A stretch of 64,000 nucleotides of DNA from Chitinophagaceae bacterium (GCA_947380605.1 CANCRO010000002.1:11555-75554); one strand, 5' to 3'; shown: positions 50,071 to 59,608, counted from the first letter of the stretch. The notes: generated by a model from the letters alone, not told the origin. A program made the numbers and translations.

Positions 50071-51159
50071 ATGAGTCAAGCACCTTTCCAGAAATTTGTT
50101 CCCAAGAAGAAAAATAGTCTGATTAAAGAAGAATTTAAACAAGCCAAACAGAAAGCAAAAAAAGAAAGAGCTGCCGCGATCGATAGGCGATTTGAGGAAA
50201 AGAGACAGTTAAAAGCTGCTGCTAAAAATGCTCCTACTCAAGCTTCTCAAAGCAAAACCAGTCATTCCCCCAAACAAAAAAAGGTAAGTGCAATTGAAAC
50301 CAATTTTACCTATGCTAAAAAAGTAGAGGGTATTAAAAAAGAGTATACTCCTGAACCAGTAAAAACTGCCCCAAAAATTGTTAGGCCTTCTTCCATCTCA
50401 ACAACTGAAATGCCCTTAAATAAATACGTAGCTCATTGTGGAGTTTGTAGTAGACGCGATGCGGTTACACTCATTAAAGAAGGAAAAATAAAAGTAAATA
50501 ATGAGGTAGTGAAGGAGCCGGCACATAAAGTAACTGAGAGAGATAATGTGCAATTCAATGGGAAAAAATTATTTGTTAGCAAAAATCTAGTTTACATTTT
50601 ACTCAATAAGCCCAAAGATTATATTACCACTACTGATGATCCACAGGGTAGAAAAACAGTATTACAATTAACCAAGATGGCGACTACAGAAAGGATCTAT
50701 CCTGTAGGCCGACTAGATAGAAATACATCTGGCGTTTTATTATTAACTAATGATGGCGAATTAACACAAAAGCTATCACACCCTAGTTATAATATCACCA
50801 AAGTGTATGAAGCAAAATTAGATAAGTCACTTACTAAAGCCGATTTTGACAAAATTTTAAATGGCATAAAATTAGAGGATGGTGAAATCAAAGCAGACTC
50901 ACTAGCTTATGCAGATTCGAAAGATAAATCAATCATTGGTATTGAAATACATAGTGGACGCAACCGCATTGTAAGAAGAATATTTGAGCATTTAGGTTAT
51001 GATGTAAAGGGATTAGACAGAGTAATGTATGCAACCCTTACTAAGAAAAATGTTGAAAGAGGTAAATGGCGTTTTTTAAGTGAAAAAGAAATCCGTTTAT
51101 TGAAATACTTGAATATTTCTCACAAAAAAATTCAAACCAATCAAAAACCAACTACCTAG
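50071..51159 (+). CDS. RsuA/RluB-family pseudouridine synthase with S4 domain and a Lys-rich N-terminal extension
   Basis: LNKYVAHCGVCSRR S4 domain, LNKPKDY and catalytic VGRLDRNTSG. Confidence 0.93.
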   Translation: MSQAPFQKFVPKKKNSLIKEEFKQAKQKAKKERAAAIDRRFEEKRQLKAAAKNAPTQASQSKTSHSPKQKKVSAIETNFTYAKKVEGIKKEYTPEPVKTAPKIVRPSSISTTEMPLNKYVAHCGVCSRRDAVTLIKEGKIKVNNEVVKEPAHKVTERDNVQFNGKKLFVSKNLVYILLNKPKDYITTTDDPQGRKTVLQLTKMATTERIYPVGRLDRNTSGVLLLTNDGELTQKLSHPSYNITKVYEAKLDKSLTKADFDKILNGIKLEDGEIKADSLAYADSKDKSIIGIEIHSGRNRIVRRIFEHLGYDVKGLDRVMYATLTKKNVERGKWRFLSEKEIRLLKYLNISHKKIQTNQKPTT

Positions 51160-51167
51160 ATCAAATA

Positions 51168-51938
51168 ATGAGCGAAGCAAATAATAGCAATAACGGTAAT
51201 CCATCCAATAGTAAGGCGCTGGCTTCAGTGGTTACCATTTTTGAAAACGATCATTTTATTGTACTCAATAAACCTGCTGGGGTGCTTTCTATCCCAGACA
51301 GAGTCCAATCTGAACCCTCTTTAAAAGACTTTTTGATCAATAAATATGGAAGTATTTTTACTATCCATCGGTTAGATAGGGAAACGAGTGGTATTATTAT
51401 GTTTGCAAAGGATGAGGACACTCATAAATTTTTTTCCAAACAATTTGAAGAAAGAACAGTAGAAAAATATTACCTCGGATTGGTGCATGGATCAATGCCA
51501 GAAAAATCTGGAAGCATGGATGGGCCTATTATGGAGCATCCAGTTTTTAAGGGTCAAATGGTGATCAATAAAAATGGCAAACCTTCTCTTACTGATTATG
51601 AAGTAATAGAAGATTTAGGAAAATATAGTTTAGTGAAATTTCAAATCCATACTGGAAGAACACACCAAATAAGAATTCATTCTAAAAATATTGGTCATCC
51701 AATTGTTTGTGATCCTTTGTATGGAGATGGCAAACCAGTATTGTTATCGTCTATCAAAAAAAGATACAAATTGAGTCAGCACGACGAAGAAGAACGCCCG
51801 ATGCTTAACCGAGTGGCACTTCATTCGAGTCAATTAAAATTCAAAGATGCCGAGGGGAAAGACTATCATTTGGAAGCAGATTTGCCTAAGGATATCAAGG
51901 CGCTGGTTCAACAGCTAAGAAAAAATTTATATAATTAA
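51168..51938 (+). CDS. RluA-family pseudouridine synthase
   Basis: NKPAG, IHRLDRETSG and TGRTHQIR motifs. Confidence 0.94.
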   Translation: MSEANNSNNGNPSNSKALASVVTIFENDHFIVLNKPAGVLSIPDRVQSEPSLKDFLINKYGSIFTIHRLDRETSGIIMFAKDEDTHKFFSKQFEERTVEKYYLGLVHGSMPEKSGSMDGPIMEHPVFKGQMVINKNGKPSLTDYEVIEDLGKYSLVKFQIHTGRTHQIRIHSKNIGHPIVCDPLYGDGKPVLLSSIKKRYKLSQHDEEERPMLNRVALHSSQLKFKDAEGKDYHLEADLPKDIKALVQQLRKNLYN

Positions 51939-51966
51939 GCGCTGTCTTTTGAACAGCGCTTAATTA
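51932..51966. terminator. Bidirectional terminator-like hairpin between convergent genes
   Basis: Perfect 14-bp stem TAATTAAGCGCTGT / ACAGCGCTTAATTA with a 7-nt loop. Confidence 0.8.
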
Positions 51967-51984
51967 CAATAACACTAAAAAGAA

Positions 51985-52623
51985 TTAGTCAATATTTGGT
52001 TGTGGAGTATACCTCAAATAAGGTTTAACTACTTCTACTCCTTTAGGGAACTTCTTAATCGCATCTTCTGTACTAATCGCTGGAACTACAATCACATTTT
52101 CTCCTTGATTCCAATTGGCAGGAGTAGCTACACTGTAATTAGCTGTTAATTGCAATGAATCCACTACTCTTAATACTTCAACAAAATTTCTTCCTGTAGA
52201 AGCTGGATAAGTGATAATCAATTTAACTGTTTTATCAGGAGCAATGATCACCAAAGAACGAACAGTAAGGGTAGCTGAGGCATTTGGATGAATAAAATCA
52301 TAGAGCTCAGATACCTTTCTATCCTCATCAGCGATGATGGGAAATTCAACAGATACATGCTGAGTCTCATTAATATCTTTAATCCAACCCACGTGCTTAT
52401 CCACTGGATCAACACTCAAAGCTAAAACCTTAACACCTCTTTTTTCAAACTCTTCCTTCAATGCGGCTGTTCTTCCTAATTCGGTAGTACATACGGGGGT
52501 GTAATCCGCTGGATGTGAAAACAAAATTCCCCAAGAATTTCCTAAAAATTCATAAAAATCCAAATCACCTAAAGATGATTTTGCAGTAAAATTGGGAGCA
52601 ATATCCCCTAGACGTAGGCTCAT
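51985..52623 (-). CDS. 1-Cys peroxiredoxin (Prx6 family)
   Basis: FSHPADYTPVCTTE, YPASTGRNF and ATPANW motifs; one Cys. Confidence 0.95.
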   Translation of the reverse strand: MSLRLGDIAPNFTAKSSLGDLDFYEFLGNSWGILFSHPADYTPVCTTELGRTAALKEEFEKRGVKVLALSVDPVDKHVGWIKDINETQHVSVEFPIIADEDRKVSELYDFIHPNASATLTVRSLVIIAPDKTVKLIITYPASTGRNFVEVLRVVDSLQLTANYSVATPANWNQGENVIVVPAISTEDAIKKFPKGVEVVKPYLRYTPQPNID

Positions 52624-52650
52624 AATTATAAGTTTTATTATGCAAATATA

Positions 52651-52673
52651 ATAGTCTATTGATTAAGTAGACT
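52651..52673. promoter_or_regulatory. Putative Rrf2 operator
   Basis: AGTCTA-N9-TAGACT dyad between the divergent prx6 -7 element (TATATTTG, 52650-52643) and the rrf2 -7-like element (TAACTTTC, 52695-52702). Confidence 0.6.
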
Positions 52674-52706
52674 TATTTTTTTTATTTTTTGACGTAACTT
52701 TCTGAA

Positions 52707-53117
52707 ATGTTATCGAAAAAAACACAATATGCACTTAAAGCGCTGGGCTATTTGGCGGCTAAATATGGCCAGGGACCAGTCCTGATATCAGAAATTTCCA
52801 AAAATAAAAAGATCCCCATCAAGTTTTTAGAGACGATTCTTTTGGAATTAAAACAAAACAATGTGTTGGAAAGTAAGAAGGGGAAAGGAGGAGGCTATTA
52901 CCTAATTGAATCCCCTAAGAAAACAACGCTAGCTCAAGCCATTCGCCTTGTAGGTGGTCCAATAGCCCTTCTTCCTTGCGTAAGCCTCAATTTTTACGAA
53001 AAATGTGCTGATTGCGACGAAGCAACTTGTGGTCTTAATAAGGCCATGCTCCAAACAAGAGATGCCACCCTTAAGATTTTAGAAAAAAAGACTTTAGCTG
53101 AGCTAATAGATGGATAA
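52707..53117 (+). CDS. Rrf2 family transcriptional regulator (IscR/CymR-like)
   Basis: MLSKKTQYAL, FLETILLELK, SKKGKGGGY.L and a Cys-rich segment CVSLNFYEKCADCDEATC. Confidence 0.93.
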   Translation: MLSKKTQYALKALGYLAAKYGQGPVLISEISKNKKIPIKFLETILLELKQNNVLESKKGKGGGYYLIESPKKTTLAQAIRLVGGPIALLPCVSLNFYEKCADCDEATCGLNKAMLQTRDATLKILEKKTLAELIDG

Positions 53118-53145
53118 ACCATTGTTCCTAAATATCTATATTCTC

Positions 53146-54570
53146 TTAAGCAAATAAATCCATCTCTGCCTTTCCCAAACCATCGGGAGTAGTATAAAAC
53201 GGTCTTTTTTCCACCAGATAATGCGTATCGGCAGGAATGCCAAGTGCATGATAAATAGTTTGATGCACCTGCTCAATCTTAATTGGATTTTCAATGGTTT
53301 TGCAAGGACGCTCATCGGCTGTTTTACCAAACACATTCCCTTTTTTTATACCACCACCAAACATTAACATAGAACAACCATCCGTAAAGTGGCGATGCAT
53401 TCCATAGTTTTTAAGCTCCTGAATAACGTCGGGTTGATTCACTTGTTCTTGCACTTTTAAATCCGGTCTTCCTTCTACCATCATATCCCTACTGAACTCA
53501 CTCGCTAATATTACTAAAGTACGATCAAGATGCCCTGAACGATCGAGATCTTTTATTAATTGAGCAATGGGAGCATCAATTTGTTTTTTCATATCCACCA
53601 ATCTCGTATGTCCGTTATCGTGAGTATCCCAGTTTTTGAAAGGCACATATTCAGTAGTAACACTGATAAATCGTGCACCCTTTTCCGTTAACCTACGGGC
53701 CATCAAGCAACCTAAACCAAATTTGCCTGTATTATAAATATCATAACTTTCCTTAGGCTCCTTACTAAGGTCGAAAGCTGCTGCCTCAGGTGATTTCAAC
53801 AGCATGTAAGCCTGTTCCATCGACCTTCTCAAAGATTCCTTTTGATAGTCGCTCCCCATTTCGCCCATTGCACTATTATTCATTAACTCATTATACAACT
53901 GATTTCTTTTTTCAAACCGAGTGATATCCATGCCTACCGGTGGCTTCACACTTTCTAGTCCAGATGTAGGATCAGGAATCAAAAAGGGTCCATATTCATT
54001 TCCCAAAAATCCAGCGGTATGAAAGGCTTTTAATTCTTCCCCTTCACCTAATGAAAAACGCTGTCCAATATCTATAAATGCAGGTATCACCGAATTTTTA
54101 GGTCCTAGCTGTTTTGCAATCCAAGAACCAATATGAGGAGCAGAAACTGACTGAGGAGGTTTGTAACAAGTATGCCAGTGATATTGATGTCTCGAGTGTA
54201 ATATATGTCCCATGTCTGCTGCTACATAAGATCTGATTACGGTACCCTTATTCAAAACTTTTCCAATATTTTCTAAACCTTCAGAAAAGTAAATATCATC
54301 CAATGCGGTAGGCGAAGACTTAAAAGTACTGAGTACATCATTAGCCTGCATGCCCTTAGTAAAAGGAGTATATTTTTTGGGATCAAAAGTATCCGTATGC
54401 GCCATTCCTCCTCCCATCCAAAGTAAGATAACCGTATCAGCAGTAGCAGTTAATTTAGGTCGATTACAAGAAGATAAAAATCCAGCCATCGGCGCACCAG
54501 CAGCAAGGGCCGCCATAGATGCAGCACTGGTCTCTCTTATAAAATCTCTTCTATTCCAACGATTACTCAT
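53146..54570 (-). CDS. DUF1501 domain protein with Tat and lipoprotein signal
   Basis: RRDFI twin-Arg motif, LSSC35 lipobox, LLWMGGGM.H.DTFDPK, FG..CL.ARRL.E.G.RF, WDTH, SEFSR and MFGGGIK.G motifs. Confidence 0.85.
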   Translation of the reverse strand: MSNRWNRRDFIRETSAASMAALAAGAPMAGFLSSCNRPKLTATADTVILLWMGGGMAHTDTFDPKKYTPFTKGMQANDVLSTFKSSPTALDDIYFSEGLENIGKVLNKGTVIRSYVAADMGHILHSRHQYHWHTCYKPPQSVSAPHIGSWIAKQLGPKNSVIPAFIDIGQRFSLGEGEELKAFHTAGFLGNEYGPFLIPDPTSGLESVKPPVGMDITRFEKRNQLYNELMNNSAMGEMGSDYQKESLRRSMEQAYMLLKSPEAAAFDLSKEPKESYDIYNTGKFGLGCLMARRLTEKGARFISVTTEYVPFKNWDTHDNGHTRLVDMKKQIDAPIAQLIKDLDRSGHLDRTLVILASEFSRDMMVEGRPDLKVQEQVNQPDVIQELKNYGMHRHFTDGCSMLMFGGGIKKGNVFGKTADERPCKTIENPIKIEQVHQTIYHALGIPADTHYLVEKRPFYTTPDGLGKAEMDLFA

Positions 54571-54592
54571 AACAAAATTATTATTGAATGAA

Positions 54593-57106
54593 TTAATAAA
54601 TAATTTGAAATTCCGGCAATAACAAGACCACCCAAAAAAGATCTTCTATCGCATCAGAGGATGGATTATCTCCCAATAACTTTTTAGCCACCTGGTACTC
54701 TGCCGTTTGAGCATCTCTACCCAATGCACGTCTATAAATTTCTTTTATAATTCGATCACTGGTTACATAATTTTTCTTCCAAATTTCTGCGCCCTTTCTA
54801 AGCATCGAATTAAACTGGCTTCCATTGGTAAGTTCCAAAGCTTGTAACAGATTGGCTTGCGATTCTCTACTAGTAGTAACCGTTTCTCTACTAGGTCTAC
54901 CTAAAGCAGTAAGGAAAGGATTGTTAACTACTAATGCAGCTCTTGCAAAAGGAGGATGAATTGAATCTATTTTTTTTACCTCAACGATTTTAGCAGGACG
55001 ATATTTAATCATAGAGTCGTAAAAAATTGGGCCAATCACAGTCCCACCTGCATCCGAAAATTGCTCAGCAGACATTCTTTTTCTCAACACTCCAGTAAAT
55101 CGATATTGCTGTGCTATAATTTGATTAGCTTCCTTCATCCCAACTGAAGGAAGCTGGTAAGTATTTGAAGAAGCAATTAAAAATAATAGTTCCTTAATGT
55201 TTGACTTATTTTGTTCAAAATTAAAAGCCAACCAATCCAATAAATCTTGATTCCAAGGCTCATTATCCATCACATCAACCGGTTCTACAATACCACGACC
55301 CATCATTTGAGCCCACATCCTATTGACTAAAGTTCTATACAATCTACCATTTGCAGGCTGTATCATATTTACCGCCAACTGTTCTTGTTTAATTGCTTTA
55401 GTAGCACTACTATCTATGGTTCCTAATTCTTTCCAAAGAATTCGAGCGCCCGTATATTTACCGGTAGGCTTATCGCAACGATTGATTTCAAGAGAACTAT
55501 CAGCAAAAATATTTGCAAATGCATAGGCATCTGTAAGTTTCCAATCACTGATAAAACTATTATGACAAGAAGTACATTTTAAATTTAGACCAAAAAATAC
55601 TTGCGATATATTTTGTGCGGCTTGCATCTCAGTGCGTTGACTTGCATTCACCACTCCACGCCATTTGATGCCTTCTATAAATCCTTTTGACTCATCGGTA
55701 GGACTAATTAATTCTTTTACAAATTGAGTGTAAGGCTTATTCGTTTTGATGGACTTATACAACCAATCGGTAATATTTTTACGACCTCCTGTAATATATC
55801 CAGTACCTGTATAATCATTTCTTAATGCATCATTCCAAAAGCTAAGCCAATGGGTTGCATAATCATCCTCTCTATTTAATAATTGCCTTATCCATAACGC
55901 TCTTTTATTAGGACGTTTATCTTTAGTAAATTTTTCAATTTCTTCGTAACTAGGAAGTAAGCCAATAATATCCATGGTCACTCTCCTTAAAAATGTTCTA
56001 TCATCCACTACCTTGGGCCAAGCAATTTTATTTTGTACAAAATATTGGTTAGTCCACCTATCGACAGGATTAGAAAGTTCATCAGTAGCAGGTGGAAGCG
56101 TAGGGTTTCTAGGTTGAAGTGCCGCCACCCTGAAAATATTTTTTTCGGTTGAATCTGGCCATGGTGCTCCTTTTTGAATCCAAAAACTGATGATAGCAAT
56201 ATCGGTCTCTGATAATTTTTTACCCTTAGATGGCATCGCATCTTTATGGTCGGAAGGTAAATTAATACGACGGAATAACTCACTTGCCCCAACATTACCG
56301 GGTACAATCACTGGCCCATTTTCTCCACCTTTGAAAATCATATCTTTTCTATCTAAACGAAGATCTCCTTTTATCTTTTCAGGACCGTGGCATTTATAAC
56401 AATTATGAGCTAATATAGCACGAACCTGCACATTCAATTCTACTGCTTGTTGCTTTGTTAATTGAGCCGTATCATTTTTAAATTGCGATAGATCAAAATT
56501 TGATTTAGCCGCGGTAATATAATCCGTACTCCAAGGAAGAGTGGCCGATATATAATCTTTTCCATGTGTAAGCGAAGCGCCAAAATGCCCAGCAGCAGCA
56601 ACTCCTACAGCACTCGTCAATAAAAAGAAACGGTAGTATTTGATCAATTGCAATTGCCCCTTTACCAAAATCCAATTGAGTAATAACCAGGCAATACTTC
56701 CCAAGCAAGCGGTGGCAATACCCACCCATTGATGAATGTTAGCAAGATCTTTTTCGTATCCGCCTTCCTTAACCAATAATAATCCGGCGATAGCAGAAAA
56801 TATAGCAGCGAATGTTCCTGCAACGATCAACCATTTAATTCCAGCACGAAGAGAAGAATTGAATTTTTTTAAAGTAAATAATTCTAGAACCCCTGCTAGT
56901 AAAAGTAAGGTGATAGGAAAATGAACTACCAATGGATGAAGTCTTCCAAAAAAACGCCATAGCCAAAAACTTTCAACCAAAGATTCGGAGGAAGGAGATT
57001 TTGCAAATCCAGTAAATGAAAATTGCAATAGGCAAATGAATAGTATCGTAGTTACAACGAAAACTAGCCTTTTACTAGGGGTAATATTTTTCTTTACATC
57101 TTTCAT
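54593..57106 (-). CDS. DUF2231 membrane domain + planctomycete-type cytochrome c + DUF1549 + DUF1553 protein
   Basis: GRLHPLVVHFP/HQW/GHFGASLTHG TM domain, CYKCH..MP heme c site, DDRTFLRRVT.D.IG, CTSCH and RTLVNR.W..MMGRGIV motifs. Confidence 0.85.
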   Translation of the reverse strand: MKDVKKNITPSKRLVFVVTTILFICLLQFSFTGFAKSPSSESLVESFWLWRFFGRLHPLVVHFPITLLLLAGVLELFTLKKFNSSLRAGIKWLIVAGTFAAIFSAIAGLLLVKEGGYEKDLANIHQWVGIATACLGSIAWLLLNWILVKGQLQLIKYYRFFLLTSAVGVAAAGHFGASLTHGKDYISATLPWSTDYITAAKSNFDLSQFKNDTAQLTKQQAVELNVQVRAILAHNCYKCHGPEKIKGDLRLDRKDMIFKGGENGPVIVPGNVGASELFRRINLPSDHKDAMPSKGKKLSETDIAIISFWIQKGAPWPDSTEKNIFRVAALQPRNPTLPPATDELSNPVDRWTNQYFVQNKIAWPKVVDDRTFLRRVTMDIIGLLPSYEEIEKFTKDKRPNKRALWIRQLLNREDDYATHWLSFWNDALRNDYTGTGYITGGRKNITDWLYKSIKTNKPYTQFVKELISPTDESKGFIEGIKWRGVVNASQRTEMQAAQNISQVFFGLNLKCTSCHNSFISDWKLTDAYAFANIFADSSLEINRCDKPTGKYTGARILWKELGTIDSSATKAIKQEQLAVNMIQPANGRLYRTLVNRMWAQMMGRGIVEPVDVMDNEPWNQDLLDWLAFNFEQNKSNIKELLFLIASSNTYQLPSVGMKEANQIIAQQYRFTGVLRKRMSAEQFSDAGGTVIGPIFYDSMIKYRPAKIVEVKKIDSIHPPFARAALVVNNPFLTALGRPSRETVTTSRESQANLLQALELTNGSQFNSMLRKGAEIWKKNYVTSDRIIKEIYRRALGRDAQTAEYQVAKKLLGDNPSSDAIEDLFWVVLLLPEFQIIY

Positions 57107-57241
57107 AAGCTAAACGGATTTAAAGATATAGAAAAATTACTTTCAAAAATAAACAAAGGACTAGTTACTAGAATTAGTCAACAAAAAGGGGGATTTACAT
57201 TTTTAGTAACGAAAAAGTACTCATCCAATAAAAGAGTTAAA

Positions 57242-58390
57242 CTAATTTCCCGAAGCTCGTCTAATTTTCACTTTTCCAAAGCGTTTTTTAACCTCATCAA
57301 TCGCCTTATACAGATCTGATTTTTTAGCAGTATTATCAAATAAATTTGTCTGGATTGATACCATCGTGAGCTCGCTTAAACGGACACCTAGTAAACGAAT
57401 AGGAATTCCTCTCTTGTAGAGTTTATGAAATAAATCTTTTACAATTGGAATAATTTCATCCTCAGCGCAGGTAAATGGAATAGTGGTTTGCCGTGAGACA
57501 GTTTCAAAATCGTGGTACCGAATTTTCACCGCAACACAACCAGCTAATTTACCTTCCTGCCTTAATTCGAAAGCAATTTTTTCTGACATGCGAACAATTT
57601 CTCCCATCAAAAAATTCATATCAGTTTTATTTTCCTCAAAAGTATTTTCAGTAGAAATTGATTTGGCTTCATGGTATTGACAAACTTTTCCTGAATGAAT
57701 ACCAAAACTTTTTTGCCATAAATCTAATCCCCATTTACCTAACCTTTCCTCTAGCTGTGAAGGTTCAAAAAGTTTAGCATCACCAATGGTAAAAATCCCC
57801 ATTGATTGAAGTACTTCATTGGTATGATCGCCTACTCCTGGAATTTTATTAATCGACAGAGGGGATAAAAATTCCTGTTCTTTTCCAAAGGCCACCTGAA
57901 GATAACCATTGGGTTTTGCTTGACCAGTAGCAATTTTAGCAATCATTTTATTACCACCCATCCCGAATGAAATAGGCAGTTTCGTTTCTTCCATTATTTG
58001 GCTGCGTAAATCAATTGTCCATTGAAGTGGATTAAAAAATTGATCCATTCCTGTTAAGTCAATATAAAATTCATCAATGGACGCTTTCTCATATAACGGG
58101 GCTTTGGATGCAATGATTTGGGTAACCCAACGGGAGTATTTACTATATTCCGAATAGTTACCTTTTACAGCAATTGCTTGTGGACAAATTAACAGCGCTT
58201 TTTTAGAAGGCATTCCAGCATGAATTCCAAACTTTCTTGCTTCATAGCTACAACTCGCTACCACTCCTCTTTCGGAACCTCCTACAAAAACTGGCTTCCC
58301 TTTCAAGGAAGGATCATTCAACACCTCTACTGACACAAAAAATGAGTCGAGATCGAAATGAGCAATGATTCTTTGAGGAGAATTTTTCAT
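57242..58390 (-). CDS. dinB: DNA polymerase IV
   Basis: HFDLDSFFVSVE, SYEARKFG, SIDEFYID, AKIATGQAKPNG and RLLGV motifs. Confidence 0.96.
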   Translation of the reverse strand: MKNSPQRIIAHFDLDSFFVSVEVLNDPSLKGKPVFVGGSERGVVASCSYEARKFGIHAGMPSKKALLICPQAIAVKGNYSEYSKYSRWVTQIIASKAPLYEKASIDEFYIDLTGMDQFFNPLQWTIDLRSQIMEETKLPISFGMGGNKMIAKIATGQAKPNGYLQVAFGKEQEFLSPLSINKIPGVGDHTNEVLQSMGIFTIGDAKLFEPSQLEERLGKWGLDLWQKSFGIHSGKVCQYHEAKSISTENTFEENKTDMNFLMGEIVRMSEKIAFELRQEGKLAGCVAVKIRYHDFETVSRQTTIPFTCAEDEIIPIVKDLFHKLYKRGIPIRLLGVRLSELTMVSIQTNLFDNTAKKSDLYKAIDEVKKRFGKVKIRRASGN

Positions 58391-58432
58391 CAGTAAAATT
58401 TATAAATTGAATGGGCTGTAGAAAGAGAATGC

Positions 58433-58948
58433 CTATCTATAAATATCTAATAATCCGTCGGGAAGAGTTACAAAAATTTTTCTATTCTTCTGATCTATTT
58501 TATCGAGCGACTCTTCATGAATAGGTATCAGGGCCTCTTTGCCCTCTAATAAAATTGCACAAAGAATTTGGTGAGGCTGTTCTATGACTTCAATAATTTC
58601 CCCTAAATCTTCTTCTTCATTGATCAGGTGAAAACCAAGCATAGAAATAGGAGAAGCTTTTGCAGCAAATTTTTTAAAATCTTCTTCAGTAATCCAAACT
58701 TCTTTTGGGGTAAGTTTGCGGGCAGTCTCCATGGTGTCAACCTCTTCTAATTTTACAAAAATTTCCTTGTCATTTTTAATATTAGTAGAAGAAATAAAGT
58801 AGGGCATAAAATTATCCTTGCCTTGCTCTATAAAAATAGTTTCAAGTCCCTTGAGGGCTGTTTTATTTCCAAGACTATGTTGCAAAACTAGCTCACCTTT
58901 TAAACCAAAACTTGCTGCTAATTTTCCAATTTTAAAATACTGACTCAT
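58433..58948 (-). CDS. rimM: Ribosome maturation factor RimM
   Basis: IGKL...FGLKGE, C-terminal PRC barrel LIP...PDGLLD, and adjacency to rpsP. Confidence 0.9.
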   Translation of the reverse strand: MSQYFKIGKLAASFGLKGELVLQHSLGNKTALKGLETIFIEQGKDNFMPYFISSTNIKNDKEIFVKLEEVDTMETARKLTPKEVWITEEDFKKFAAKASPISMLGFHLINEEEDLGEIIEVIEQPHQILCAILLEGKEALIPIHEESLDKIDQKNRKIFVTLPDGLLDIYR

Positions 58949-59003
58949 ATGCTTGCAAGGTAAGGCATTGGTATAAAAAAAGTTTAAAAATTAGGAAGGG
59001 AAA

Positions 59004-59025
59004 TAGGGAATCAAATGATTCCCTA
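59004..59025. repeat. Second inverted repeat between rpsP and rimM
   Basis: TAGGGAATCA-AA-TGATTCCCTA. Confidence 0.75.
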
Positions 59026-59048
59026 AATTATTAGGAAATTTATTGGGC

Positions 59049-59083
59049 AAAAAAAAAAGCAATTTCGAAAAATCGAAATTGCT
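59049..59083 (-). terminator. Intrinsic terminator of rpsP
   Basis: 11-bp perfect stem AGCAATTTCGA/TCGAAATTGCT with a 4-nt loop, followed by about 9 T on the minus strand. Confidence 0.88.
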
Positions 59084-59107
59084 AAAAGAATTAAGAGAAC
59101 AGCTATA

Positions 59108-59608
59108 TTATTCTGCTGCTTTAGTTTCTTCAGTGATTGGAGCTTCTTCAGCCTCCGCAACAGGTGCTTCAACAGCTACTGCTACAGGTGGTTCCACTAC
59201 CTTACGTACTACTGGTTGATTACGGCTTTCCAAACGTGCCTTTTTATGGGCTCCTTGGCGCTTAGCAACCTGTGCATCATGTTCTGCACTCCATGTAGTG
59301 AATTTTGTCATTGCCGCTGCTTCATCAAACAGTCCTAAACCAACACCTCTCAACAAATGTTTCAAGAACAATACTCCTTTGAATGAAAGGATACGACGAA
59401 CAGTGTCAGTAGGCTGAGCACCTTTGTGTAACCAATCCAAAGCCTTTTGACGATCGATCTGCACAGTTGCAGGAACAGTCAAAGGATTGTAAGTACCAAG
59501 TTTCTGAATAAATTTGCCATCACGTGGGCTACGGGCATCTGCTACTACGATGAAGTAGAAGGGTCTCTTTTTGGACCCATGTCTTTGCAGTCTCATTTTT
59601 ACAGCCAT
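59108..59608 (-). CDS. rpsP: 30S ribosomal protein S16 with the Bacteroidota C-terminal extension
   Basis: [29 protein letters not shown] and [11 protein letters not shown] motifs. Confidence 0.98.
   Translation of the reverse strand: MAVKMRLQRHGSKKRPFYFIVVADARSPRDGKFIQKLGTYNPLTVPATVQIDRQKALDWLHKGAQPTDTVRRILSFKGVLFLKHLLRGVGLGLFDEAAAMTKFTTWSAEHDAQVAKRQGAHKKARLESRNQPVVRKVVEPPVAVAVEAPVAEAEEAPITEETKAAE

Noticed and set aside
58391-58432. LexA/SOS box upstream of dinB
   Set aside because: I see no convincing dyad, only a -7-like element.
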